Source: an uncultured Chloroflexia bacterium
GTDB taxonomy: Bacteria; Chloroflexota; Limnocylindria; QHBO01
Length of the DNA stretch: 64,000 nucleotides
NCBI GenBank assembly: GCA_963814375.1
Contig: CAWFCQ010000003.1
Coordinates: 1-64,000 of the forward strand
Direction of reading: 5' to 3'
Shown: in pieces, positions 1 to 11,811 of the stretch
Numbering within the stretch: the stretch's first letter is position 1
Layout of the letters: each line of letters starts with the position of its first letter
Translations under genes and position numbers: made by a program
The notes under the pieces: generated by a model
What the model saw: only the letters and a program-made list of their open reading frames with translations
Told to the model about the DNA's origin: nothing
Database searches by the model: none

Positions 1-906
1 GGCTTTATGTGCCGGGCGGCACCGCGGCTATCCGTCCAGCGGTGCTGATGAACGCGATCCCGGCGCAAAGTCGCCGGCGTGCGAGCGCATCGTGATGGTG
101 ACGCCCGCGACCGAGCGGCAAGCTCAATCCGCTGGTGCTCGCGGCGCGCAGCTTGCCGGCGTCGAGCGAAATCTACCGTATCGGCGGCGCGCAGGCGATC
201 GCGGCGCTCGCCTACGGCACCGCAAGCGTCGCGCCCGTCGACAAGATCGTCGGTCCCGGCAACGCCTATGTCGCGGCGGCGAAGCGCCAAGTCTTCGGCC
301 AGGTCGGCATCGATTCGATCGCGGGTCCCTCCGAAGTCCTGATCATCGCCGACGGCAGGAACGATCCCGACTGGATCGCCGCCGACCTTCTGGCGCAGGC
401 CGAACACGACGAAGCCGCGCAGAGCATCCTGATCACCGACGACGCCGCTCTTGCCGACCGCGGTGGATGCCGCGGTCGGGCGCAGATTGCGAACGTTGCC
501 GCGCGCAGAAAATCGCCGGCGCGAGCTGGACGCGAACGGCGCGATCATTATCGTGGTCGCTCGCCGATGCCGTGCCGCTGGCCGATGCCTTCGCGCCCGA
601 GCATCTGGAAATCGCGCGCCGATCCCGAAAGTCTGCTCGGAGCGATCCGCCACGCCGGCGCGATCTTCCTCGGCCGCTACACGCCGGAAGCGATCGGCGA
701 TTATGTCGCCGGCCCCAATCACGTGCTGCCGACCGCGCGCACGGCGCGCTTCTCCTCGGGCTTCGGCGTGCTCGACTTCATGAAGCGCACCACGATCCTT
801 GGGCCCCGAGCACTGGCCGCGCTCGGGCCCGCCGGCCATCGCGCTCGCCGAGGCCGAAGGGCTCGATGCTCATGCCCGCTCGATCGCGATCGCTCAACAG
901 AAATGA
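1..906 (+). CDS. hisD: Histidinol dehydrogenase (5' partial, several frameshifts)
   Basis: GLYVPGG at the start, [52 protein letters not shown] and [13 protein letters not shown], spread over shifting frames. Confidence 0.9.
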
Positions 907-1379
907 GCGGAGTGACCGAAAACGCGGCTTTCGGCGATCACTCTCGACGAGACTTCGATTGCGCAGTCGCGGCCCGATGTCGAGCACGAACGCGAAGTCG
1001 CGATCTTCGATTTGCTCGAGCCAACTTCTTCACGCCCGAGGGCCGCCGGCGGGCCCTACACCTGCATCTGGGCATGGAAGACAATCGCCTGGTGCTCGAC
1101 ATCAGCCGCGAAGACGGCAGCGCAGGGCCGCGCATCTTCTGTCGTTGACGCCGCTGCGCAAGACCGTGAAGGATTATTTCCTGGTCTGCGACAGCTATTA
1201 CAAGGCGATCCGCACCGCGCCGCCGCACCAGATCGAATCCCTCGACATGGCGCGCCGCACCCTGCACGACGAGGGCTCGCCGACGTCTGCAGGCGCGGCT
1301 GGGCGACAGGGTGGAGATCGATTTCGACACCGCGCGGCGGCTGTTCACGCTGATCTGCGTGTTGCACATGCGGGGTTGA
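903..1379 (+). CDS. UPF0262 family protein (frameshifted)
   Basis: [44 protein letters not shown] and [16 protein letters not shown]; usual position after hisD in Alphaproteobacteria; ATGA overlap with hisD. Confidence 0.8.
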
Positions 1380-1818
1380 ATGGCGGGTCCACGGTGCTCT
1401 TCGCCTGCACCCTGAACGCGGTGCGCTCGCCCATGGCGGCGGCGCTGCTGCGCCATCTGCTCGGCGGCGTTTACATCGAATCGGCGGGGGTAAGGGCGGG
1501 CGACCTCGATCCGCTCGCGGTGGAAGTGATGGACGAGATCGGCCTCGAGATCGCCAAGCACAAGCCGCGCCCCTTCGAGGATCTGGAGGACGGGGGCGAG
1601 TTTCGATCTGGTCGTCACCCTGTCGCCCGAGGCCCACCACAAGGCGCTGGAGATGACCCGCACGCTGGCGACCGAGGTGGAATATTGGCCCACCATGGAC
1701 CCACGCACGCGGTGGCTCCCGCGAACAGCGGCTCGATGCCTACCGCGCCGTGCGCGACCAGCTGATGGCGAGGATCCGGGCGCGCTTCGGCGGGACGGCC
1801 GGCGGCGGGGGGAATTGA
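1376..1818 (+). CDS. Low-molecular-weight phosphatase / ArsC-like protein (frameshifted)
   Basis: [15 protein letters not shown] (CX5RS P-loop), SAGV and [12 protein letters not shown]; hisD-UPF0262-LMWPTP-Maf synteny. Confidence 0.8.
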
Positions 1819-1955
1819 GGGACGATCTGATAGCCGGTTGTGTCCGCTCAAATCCGCGACGCGGGAATCCAGCGTCCGCTCTTTGTCCCCGCCACTTCGC
1901 CCCATCAGGCCCTCGCGCGCCAGTTTCTCCGGATCAGAGACCATCGCGCACCACC

Positions 1956-2605
1956 ATGATCGGCCGGCCCAAACTCGTACTCGCTTCCGGTTCGCCCGCA
2001 GGCTCACGCTGATCAACCAGGCCGGCATCGAGCCGGACGCCCTGCAGCCCGCGGATATCGACGAAATTCCCTACAAGGGCGAATTGCCGCGCGCCTGCGC
2101 CACGCGGCTGGCCCGCGCCAAGGCGGAGGCCGCGCTCGAGGCCGTGCGGCTGAACGAGGAATTGCGCGGCGCCTACATCATCGCGGCCGACACCGTGGTC
2201 GCGGTCGGCCGCCGCATCCTGCCGAAAGCGGAGTTGCTCGACGAGGCCGGGCAATGCCTGCGGCTGCTCTCCGGGCGCAATCACCGCGTCCATACCTCGG
2301 TCTGCATGGTGACCCCGAACGAAAGCTTCCGCCAGCGCATGGTCGAGACGCGGGTGCGGTTCAAGCGGCTGTCGGGCGACGATATCGAAGCCTATCTCGC
2401 CTCCGGCGAGTGGCGCGGCAAGGCCGGCGGCTATGCCGTCCAGGGGCTGGCCGGCGCCTTCGTGGTCAAGATCGTCGGCTCCTATACCAATGTGGTCGGC
2501 CTGCCGCTTTACGAAACGCTGGCCTTGCTGTCGGGCGAGGGCTTCCCGGTTCATTTCGGCTGGCTCGATACTAGTCTTCGGCGCACTATCGCATTCTATC
2601 CTTGA
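1956..2605 (+). CDS. maf: Maf/YhdE nucleotide pyrophosphatase (frameshift near the 5' end; 3' end may cross a junction)
   Basis: [33 protein letters not shown] and [10 protein letters not shown]. Confidence 0.9.
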
Positions 2606-2673
2606 CTTGGCCAGTAACACGAGCACTCTATCTTTCTGCCGAAAACGCAACTCTCTGGAAATTTTCTAGGCAC

Positions 2674-2951
2674 ATGATCAAATTCATTTTTTCAGCTGCA
2701 ATGATCTTTGCGCTTTCCTCAGAGTGCCCATGCTCGGGACCCCGGCCAGACCGGCGGTGCGAATACCCACGCCGGCGCAAAAGCTCGCCCCCGTACTGCC
2801 GGCGCGGCCTCCGCAGGTCCCGGCCACCAACACGAAGCCGAGCCCGGTCGGTCAGCCGATAACGTCCACGGCCACGCAGCCAGGCTACGAGCCGGCGCCG
2901 CCGCCGTCGAAGTCGAAGAGCCGCCAAGCCCCAAGTGATTCAAGTGATTGA
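2674..2951 (+). CDS. Putative small secreted Pro-rich protein (frameshifted)
   Basis: Signal-like MIKFIFSAAMIFALSS followed, in another frame, by a Pro-rich stretch. Confidence 0.3.
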
Positions 2952-3428
2952 TGAACTGGAAGCGCATCCGCGCTCCAGTTGTTGATGCGGCGAAGAGCGG
3001 AGGACGCTGGTGAGCAGGTATTTGCGTTGGCCGCATCGGCGGCGTTCATCGCCGCGGCTATCGTTGCCGCCAGAGCCGGCAAACTCGGATGCGCAGCTTC
3101 TCTCCTTCGAGCACGCATTGCTGATCGCGCAGGCGCAAGCGCCGGGCCGCCCGCTCAAGCAGGAGCAGGCAGAGCCGGCGCCTCAAACGCCTGTGAAGGA
3201 CACGGTTGCTGCGAGGCGCCACCGCCTCCGGGCACGCCCAATTTTCCGCCGCGTCCGGCGAATGAGCCGGCGCTGGAAAATCCCCTCGACAAGAGGTCAG
3301 CCAGCGCGCTCGGTCGCCGCTGGAAGCCAGATTGCCTCTCGTTTCCGTTATTTCATCAATGAATGTTGCCTGCGCGCGCGCCCGCGCGGCCCGCGAATTT
3401 TTGTCGTTCATTTCGGAGGAGATCGGCC

Positions 3429-3775
3429 ATGCGTCATCTCGCAATATTGGCAACGGGTATCGTCCTCATCGCAACGAATGATCCGGCAGCAGCGACGCCG
3501 CTGTCGCCCGCCGGATTGTCGCGCAGCGATCGACCTTTCGGCGATCGTGCTGGTGCAGGAAAGGCGAAGAAGGCGAGACGCTGACGGCAGAAGGTGAAGC
3601 GGGTCTCGGCGCAACCTGACCGGCTATGATTCACCGTACGTGCCCTGCGTTTCCGATCCCGATTGTCGTGAGCCGGACCACCTGCACCAAACCGGCGTGA
3701 GCCGGCACGACGGGCGCACGGGCAAATGCGCGTCGCGACGTCCGTTCTGCGCGAATCAGCGACCGGAAATGGGCG
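3429..3775 (+). CDS. Putative secreted hypothetical protein (frameshifted; 3' end approximate)
   Basis: GGAGGA RBS at 3415-3420; signal-like MRHLAILATGIVLIAT...AAATPLSP; Cys-containing tail in shifting frames. Confidence 0.35.
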
Positions 3776-3921
3776 TCGCCGCTCCAGCGAGGGGTGATCG
3801 CGGTTTGTTGATCGCGTCAGTCATCGCCACTGCATGTCTGTGGCCGGTCGATGCGTTGCTCCGGCGTACCGGCGTTCTTACGTGCTCTCCCCGCACCAAC
3901 GGTGCGGAGCACCGACGAGAC

Positions 3922-4140
3922 GTGACATCGAAAAAACTGCCGCGATTACCGCGCTCGCCGAAATACTCGTCTCCGGTCCGGCGCTGGCGCAGAACGACAA
4001 GAACGGCACCCACGGCCCTGCCGCGACGAACGGCCAGTCAGCAGGGCGACGCAGTCTACTGGCGCGGGACCGAATCGCGGACAGGATCCGGATTGGTTCA
4101 TCCGCTTCCAGATCCTGCGTGACGCCCAGACAGAAGCAAG
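3922..4140 (+). CDS. Small secreted peptide with QDPDWFIRFQILRD motif, copy 1 (frameshifted; ends approximate)
   Basis: Signal ending ILVSGPALAQN, then VYWRG and a 50-nt block identical to copy 2. Confidence 0.45.
4082..4131 (+). repeat. 50-bp perfect direct repeat, copy 1
   Basis: caggatccggattggttcatccgcttccagatcctgcgtgacgcccagac, identical to 4519-4568. Confidence 0.95.
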
Positions 4141-4370
4141 GCTGGCCAGAAGGCCAAAGTCCCGGGCGTGTTTGCCCGGGACTCCACTTCATCAGACGCT
4201 TCGATCGCTCGATGCGGTCGCGCAATGGCGGACGCGTCCGCTGCGCATCATCCAATAGTTGGACATGCAATGCTGCATGTCTGCTTCCAATCACTGCATT
4301 TGTCAGATCGGATTGCGTGACTACGTCCGCGGTGTCGCACCGCAGGTGCATAACATGACAGGGACATGAC

Positions 4371-4581
4371 ATGAAAACGCTTGTCACCATTCTCGCACTC
4401 TCGGGAATTCTCGTCTCCGCTCCGGCGCTGGCGCAGAACCCCCAGCGCAATCAAAATCCGGAGGCGACGAACGGAGCCACTTCGGGATGAGAGCGTGTAC
4501 TTTCGCGGGAAGCGCGGCCAGGATCCGGATTGGTTCATCCGCTTCCAGATCCTGCGTGACGCCCAGACGACGGGCAAATAA
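4371..4581 (+). CDS. Small secreted peptide with QDPDWFIRFQILRD motif, copy 2 (frameshifted)
   Basis: MKTLVTILALSGILVSAPALAQN...VYFRGKRGQDPDWFIRFQILRDAQTTGK*. Confidence 0.55.
4519..4568 (+). repeat. 50-bp perfect direct repeat, copy 2
   Basis: Identical to 4082-4131. Confidence 0.95.
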
Positions 4582-4590
4582 GAAGTGAAC

Positions 4591-4625
4591 CAGAAGCCCC
4601 CGGGGAAACTCGCCCGGGGCTTCTG
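4591..4625. terminator. GC-rich hairpin between convergent genes, probably a bidirectional terminator
   Basis: Inverted repeat cagaagcccccgg...ccggggcttctg. Confidence 0.6.
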
Positions 4626-4628
4626 CGC

Positions 4629-4958
4629 TCAACGGACGTAATAAGGCACACAACGTCCGTAATCGAGCACATAGCCATGCGGGCAGGGATTGTACCACCG
4701 ATGATGATGACGCCGGTGAATGCGGAAAGCGAAATGCCGGTGCCGCTTGAAATGGTGATGCCGCACATGGTGGGCCACATGGATGCCGACGCGCATGATG
4801 CCGGTGCCCGCGATGGCCGCGGCGCCTCACTTCGATGATCGTCTCGTTGAGATAGTCCGAATAGCCTTGCGCAACCCGCCGACCGGCGGTACCGCGCTTG
4901 CAGGCGCCGCAAACAGCAGCGCCGCGGCGGCCAGCGCCGGAATGATGATTGCTCTCAC
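4629..4958 (-). CDS. Secreted His/Arg-rich protein with a C-terminal Cys pair (frameshifted)
   Basis: GGGGAGGA RBS and GTG start; signal RAIIIPALAAAALLFAAPASA; reconstructed tail RRRGHRGHRHH...HHHRWYNPCPHGYVLDYGRCVPYYVR*. Confidence 0.55.
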
Positions 4959-5129
4959 GGCGTATATCCTCCCCTTGATCGTCGTCCCTCTCCGGAGTTG
5001 GCGCGGAGGCGATGAACGGGAGCAGAAGTGCAGGGCACCGATGGCGTTCAGGATACGTCCACGACGCTGCGCTAATATGCGATGAGCGCGCATCGACATC
5101 GCGCCCGGATCGAACGCCGGTGAGAGGTC

Positions 5130-5953
5130 CACGCCCGCGCGGCTCGTGGTCGTGTTCGCATGGCTCGATCTGGCGGCCTTGCTGCGCGATGCCCGCTCGG
5201 CTTTCGAGCTCGCCGATCTGCGGCCCAACCGCGTCCGTCCGGTCTACGGACTGCCCAAGAATCCGGAACATCGATGTATGTACGAGCGGCTGAAGCGGCA
5301 GGCGGTGCTCGGCGGCTAGCGAATTTCTCTCGCCGATCAAGCTTTTGCCGCGCGAATTGGTGTCGCTCGGAGGGTACGACGGCGTCGTCGACGCGTTCTA
5401 CGGCGATGCCGTCGCCTCGGTCTGTACGGTGTATCGATTACATCTACACCCTCGTGCTGAGCCATCGGCGGCCGGCGGCCTGGCGCCGCTCGATGCCGTG
5501 ATCGGGCCGACCATCGACGTTTTTCTGCACGAGGCCGCGCACGGCGTGTTCGATCTTCTCGAAGTGCCGGTGTTCGGCGCGAAGAGGACGCTTCGCCGAC
5601 CAGTTGGCGGCTTATCTGCACATTGCAGGTATGCGGCGAGGAGGAGCGCGCGTGCTCTATGCTCGGCAATGCGTTCGTCGGCGAGAAAGAGGCGCGGAAT
5701 GACCGCGAAAGCCGAAGCCTGAAAGACTATGCCAACGGGTGATGGTTGCGGCGCAGCGCTATTTCGACACGCTGTGCATCACCTATGGCTTCGACAAGGA
5801 GTTTTTTCGCGGACGCGGTGGCACTGTGGAATCTTTCCGCCCGAGCTAGCCGGATATCACCGACGATACAAGACAGATCGACCGCGCGTTTCGAGAGCTG
5901 ATCCGGCCTTATGTCGGTGCGACCTGCGCACCACTGTGAAGGCCAGGAAGTAG
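5130..5953 (+). CDS. DUF4344-like putative metallopeptidase (heavily frameshifted; start approximate)
   Basis: DAVIGPTIDVFLHEAAHGVFDLLEVPVFG contains HExxH and is followed by an EDxADQ-like segment. Confidence 0.55.
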
Positions 5954-6006
5954 CTGCAATTCCACGCTGCGAAGATGAGGACACAGAGAGTACCTTTGCG
6001 CGTGGT

Positions 6007-6332
6007 TCAGTCTCGCGAAACGAGATAACCGCCTACGCCGGAAGCTCCAAGATGTGATTCGTGCCGTACCTTGCGGTCGTATACGGCGACCTGAACCATC
6101 GCGATTGCTTTTTGATCAGAGTGCCTCCGTCGCCGCGGCTTCGGCGGTGTCATAGGACGCTTGGTTTGCCGGTCAATTGCGCCGATGACGTTCTGCCTCG
6201 GTCGTTCGTTTCTGTCGCACGCCTCGGCATGTTGAGCGTAGTCGGGTACGCTGACGGCTTCGGTATCCAGCTGCGAGGTCGTTTCCTTCTCAGCGGCCTC
6301 TTCGTTGGCAGCTTCAGTCGCGCCTTGGGCAT
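6007..6332 (-). CDS. Hypothetical protein (frame uncertain)
   Basis: Strong AAAGGAG RBS before the ATG at 6332; no recognisable domain. Confidence 0.25.
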
Positions 6333-7282
6333 GTTCAACTCCTTTGGGTGAGAGCCGTATGTATGCACTTATCGTCGTGAATACCAGCTTGGCCGACACT
6401 TTCAATCCGCCGATGCGGTATGCGAGTAAAACGCCCGTGAACATCGCTTTTGGCGCGACGCGGGATTTCCTGAAGCCGAGGCTATGGCACGCTGCCCGCC
6501 TTGTCGGGGCGCACAACTCCCGGCATGCAACGCGACGTCGACACGGTCGCATCGTTCCGGCCGATCCGGTGATCGCACGTCCGGCGATCATCTGTTTCCA
6601 CTGCGCTGGAACGACGTGACGTGTCACGTCTTCTCGTTCGCCGCGGCGGCGCGCCTTGCTCAAAGCGTCTTGCAGGCATCGGATCTTCGATGGCTTTCCG
6701 GCTATGCTTCTCCGAAGGACGCGCAACGCCGGCGCTTGGTGGCGTCAGGATTCGTCGTCTTCGACCATCCGTCGCTCGTCCACACGCCCGTCCAGGTCGC
6801 CGTTCTTTGTTACTTTCCGATGCAAGCGAGCAGAACAGCGCGCTGCGTGTTCTGCCCGGCTCGCATTGCGCCGCGACCCCGCTCACGGTGCGTTCCGGAG
6901 GCGCCGGGCACGACACCGATTCCACGCTGGCGGCGCATCCGGCGATGCGTGATGCGGAGGGGCAGTCCCGATTGAGGCGAGGGCAGGCGATGCAGTGCTG
7001 ATCGATTACCGGCTCTGCACGGTTACCACACCAACACGTCCGCGCAGCGGCGCGATTGCGTTCTCCTGTCCTTCATTCCGGCTTGGCGCGATCTGCCGGT
7101 CGAATCCTGGCGCATTTGATCTGGCGTCCGCCTTGCCGGATGACGGTGAAGGCGCGGCACGCGCGGTTTGCGGCTCTGGTGACTCTTCTTCCAAGGTTTG
7201 ACGGTTCGCCAGCCAGCCTGCCGATCGACCGGACCACCGCCGCCCGACGTTCAGGCCGCAGGCTGATTGCAGGGCTTGACGC

Positions 7283-7678
7283 TTGAATATCGCCCTCTGG
7301 CTCGAACACGCCGGGAGAAGTCACGCGGGGTTGCCGGCACTCGCGGCCGGCGCGCGCGTCTTGCGCGATTACGGCAAAGCCGCCGCGCGCGTTGCGCAGC
7401 TTGCGGGCGCACTTCGTCGACATTGAGGCTCGATCCCGGCGACCGGGTCGCGATCGCCGCGAACGACGCCGGATTATTTCGAGACGCTTTATGCCGTCTG
7501 GCATGCCGGCCTCGCGGCCGTGCCGGCCGACGCCAAGCTGCATGGCGCTGAGCTGGCTACATTCTCGAGCGTTCCGGCGCGCGGGTGTGCTTCACCTCCA
7601 AGGGCTTGGACAGCGAGATCGCACCACATGCGCCGAAGTCGCTCGATCGCATGATCGTGATCGGCGCGCCGAATACGA
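7283..7678 (+). CDS. AMP-binding / long-chain acyl-CoA ligase, N-terminal fragment cut at an apparent junction
   Basis: LDPGDRVAIAA, YAVWHAGLAAVP.DAKLH and SGARVCFTSKGL; homology stops abruptly at ~7678. Confidence 0.6.
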
Positions 7679-8154
7679 GAAACGTCTTCGCGCCGTTCAC
7701 AACGAATCCCGATGTTCCCTGCGGTACGGCACGCGTTTGCATGTTGAACGCGTCCGAGCCGGTTCCAGGCTCGGTCATTCCGTTCACGGCGATCTTGGCC
7801 CCATTGCAGAGGTCCGGAAGGTATCGCGCATGTTGATCAGCCGTGCCGTGCTTCCAGATCGGGCACGTCCAGGCCAGCAGATGCGCGCAAATCGCAAAAC
7901 CAGCCCACCACAGACATCCGTAGCCGAGCGCCCCAAGGGCAATTGCGGTGGATACTGGGTCCAGGCCCGCACCACCGAGATTCTCGGGCACCGGCAGTCC
8001 TTGAAGCCGCATATCGCCGCACTTGCGCCAGCTGCCTCGTAGGGAAATGACTTCGCCAGCCGAGTCAGAACTCGGACATCTTGAGTTCGGAAGCGGCAAA
8101 GCGGGAGATTTGCTCCCGCAGCGTGCGCTGTTCGTCCGAATACTCGAAATCCAC
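7679..8154 (-). CDS. Acyl-CoA dehydrogenase family protein, L-prolyl-carrier protein dehydrogenase (PltE/RedW)-like; 3' truncated
   Basis: MDFEYSDEQ start overlaps the upstream stop; GLPVPENLGGAGLD, ALGYGC, MTEPGTGSDA and VVNGAKTF. Confidence 0.8.
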
Positions 8155-9686
8155 TACGCCAACTCCTTGAGTCGCTGATAATCGATCTTCTGGGTCGAAG
8201 TCTTGGGCAATGAAGCTTGCACGGAAAATCGGTCCGGAATCATGTAGGCGGGCAGGTTCTCCATGCAGAAGCGCTTCAGCGCGATGATCGACGGAGGCTC
8301 GTGGCCGTTCCAGCTGATGAAGGCCGTGACACGGACGTCATCTGCCGAATCCGGCAGTGCAACGACGGCGGCCTCGGTAATGGAGGCGTGACGGTACAAC
8401 GCCGGCTTCGATCTCGCCGAGTTCCACCCGATAGCCGCGCCGCTTGATCATCCGGTCGCGACGGCTGAACGTAGACATAGTTCCCGTGTGCATCCTCTCG
8501 CACGACGTCCCCCGTCTTGTACCATCGGACGCCATTCGCATCCTCGAAGAACGCGGATGAGTTTCGCTCGGGCAGGTTCCAGTAACCGCAGGTGACCGAA
8601 GGCCCAGCGATGAAAAGCTCGCCTTCATCGCCAGCGCATATTTGGCGGTTATCCGGGTCCATGACAATCGCTGAATCACCGGAACAGACCTTTCCGATGG
8701 GCACGCCAGAAGAATGCTCCGGCGAGAATCTTTCGGGCAATGCGTAGTAGGTGCATACGTTCGTTTCCGTCGGCCCGTACAGGTTGTAGTACCGTGGCTT
8801 TGGCCAAATCGTCATCAGTCGGTGCAGGTGCTTCACTGGAAATACCTCGCCGGCATACAACACGATGCGGAGGCTTGAATGATCGAATCGCTCGATCTCC
8901 TTGACTTCCAGTAGCAGCCTGAGGATCGAAGGAGTTGAGTACCAGACCGATATTCGCTCCTTGGCGATCAGCGAGGCCAGTTCCCTGGGATTGCGGCCAA
9001 CGTCCTCGGAAATGAGCACGAGTCTTGCGCCGTGCTTGATCGACAGGTAGATGTCGAGGATGGACAAGTCGAAATGAAACGGGGCGTGAGATGAGAAGTT
9101 GTCTTGTTCGTCGGGCTGAAAGGTCGCTGAGCTCCAGTTGATGAACGCCAGCGCATTCCCGTGCGTGAGCATCACGCCCTTTGGCAATCCGGTCGAGCCC
9201 GACGTGATAGAGGATGTAGGCCAGGCCCGCAGGTACATCGACGCCCGGCGAAACGCCTGCCGGTCCCTGCGCGAGGACACAGCCTGACAAGCTCGGATCG
9301 ACGACATCCAAGGCGACTGGCGCCGCGTACGGTGAATTGGGTCCGGCCAGGTCCTGGCTCCGGAGAATGACGAACTTGACGGCGCAGTCCGAGAATATGA
9401 ACGCGTTGCGCGATCTGGGCGCGGTGCTGTCGACTGGCACATAGGCGGCGCCAGCTCTGAGCACTCCGAAGATCGCAGCGAGGGACGCAATCGACTTGGG
9501 AAGCTGGATTCCCACGCGATCGCCGCGGGTAACGCCCCTGCTCTGCAGAAACCCGCTGATCTTGCCGGCGAGTTGATTCAGCTCGTCGTAACTGATGTCC
9601 CGCGCGCCGGGCTCCGCCGCAGCAATTCGATCGCCGAAACTTCTCGCGGAGTAGTCAAGAAGCCGATCCAGTGTTTGACCGTCCAC
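8154..9686 (-). CDS. Stand-alone amino-acid adenylation enzyme, L-prolyl-AMP ligase (PltF/RedM)-like (frameshifted)
   Basis: TSGSTGLPKGV, HFDLS, NLYGPTETNVC, YKTGD and LPKTSTQKIDY; specificity code read by eye is DLLYLALVCK. Confidence 0.85.
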
Positions 9687-9714
9687 GCGTCCTATCCCTT
9701 GGGTTTCCGTTCCT

Positions 9715-9972
9715 TCACTTTTGAGTGCACCAGAGTCGCCATGGCCGACAACGTGTCGATGTCAGTCGGGGCTCAGCTTCGTGAGCCTCGAGGTCGACGC
9801 CATAGGTCGCATCCACGAAGGTGGCGAAGCGTATTGTTGCGATCGAATCCAGCACGCCACCGGTAATCAATGGCGTCGAGTCCTCCAGCGCGCCGGGATC
9901 CTCGCCCGGCAGGAAGTCCTCGAGAATGAAGGTCTTCAACGTGTTTTTGATCGTCTCGTAGTCATCCGCCAT
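9715..9972 (-). CDS. Acyl/peptidyl carrier protein (frameshift near the 3' end)
   Basis: Acidic protein of ~85 aa with GGVLDSIA phosphopantetheine-Ser motif; GGGAGG RBS. Confidence 0.85.
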   Translation of the reverse strand: MADDYETIKNTLKTFILEDFLPGEDPGALEDSTPLITGGVLDSIATIRFATFVDATYGVDLEAHEAEPRLTSTRCRPWRLWCTQK

Positions 9973-9987
9973 CGCAGGCACCTCCCA

Positions 9988-10838
9988 TTACCGGCCGTTG
10001 CTTCCCGCATCCGTCAATGCCGAACGGGCTTCGTCCGCATTCGTCGCCCGACCGACGAGACGCAGGAGCTCCGGGTGGATCCGTTCCGCCAGCATGGCGT
10101 GCCCGTCAGTATTGGGATGCCAGTCCCATGACGCAAGCTTGAGCCTGCTCCTGTCATTCAATGGTCCGTACACGCCTTCGAGGCTGACGGTTTCGAGACC
10201 CGACTCGCGCGTCAGCCTGGATATCGATTCCCACTCTTCGCGAAAAACCGCATCAGTGTCATCCAGTCTCGGCAGAAACAAGACCAGCGCGTCGACGTTG
10301 TTTTCCCTGGCAACCGTCGCAAGCTGTGGATGACCAATGCGGAGTATCTCGTCGGCAAAAGGCCCCAGGCGATTGTCGATCTGTTCGTTCGACAACCCTG
10401 GCGACAATCGGGCGCGGCTTGCGATCTTGAGCAATGCGGATCCAGACCAGGCGTCTTGGCCGTGATTGCATCACGCAGATTCGAGACCGCTAATTGCGAT
10501 TCGCCTGAAATCGACATGTCGACGACCGCATCGACGTCGAACTCGAGCGCCCTTACCTGGAAGCGCGCAACCCGCCGCAGGACGGAATCTCCCGGGGACG
10601 CGAAGTTCAGAATCTCGACATTGCCAAATGGTGACCCTGTATCGCCGGAGTTCAGGCGTCGTTCCACGATCGACGGGAATGTATCTTCCAACTTGACGCC
10701 CGCACCGACGGTGTGCGACGAGCCGAGCATCGCAATACGCAGCGTACCCGGAGGCTTCAGCTTGCCGGTATTCCTGGTCGCGCATACCCCACTGGTTTGT
10801 CGTGAAAAGCTGGCCTTTGTGCAGCCGCAATCCTCCTG
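9988..10838 (-). CDS. SGNH/GDSL-fold protein, AlgJ/AlgX/DltD-like; 5' truncated at the junction and frameshifted
   Basis: TNQWGMRD, KPPGTLRIAMLGSSHTVG (block I), EILNFASPG (block II) and WDWHPNTDGH (block V). Confidence 0.75.
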
Positions 10839-10848
10839 AGAAACCGAT

Positions 10849-11790
<942 letters not shown>

Positions 11791-11811
11791 GCGCGGAGGG
11801 AGGCGCAAACA

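Noticed and set aside
4082-4568. 50-bp direct repeat read as att sites or a mini-CRISPR
   Set aside because: Both copies sit in frame at the 3' end of paralogous peptide genes, and no integrase or cas gene is nearby.
6340-7280. ORFs in this interval
   Set aside because: No recognisable domain or consistent frame in noisy sequence, so no call could be supported.
1-10840. Genomic island or horizontal transfer as the explanation for the alphaproteobacterial-type block
   Set aside because: It contains housekeeping genes, has no mobility genes, shows mid-gene truncations and has a much higher error rate. A technical chimera is simpler.
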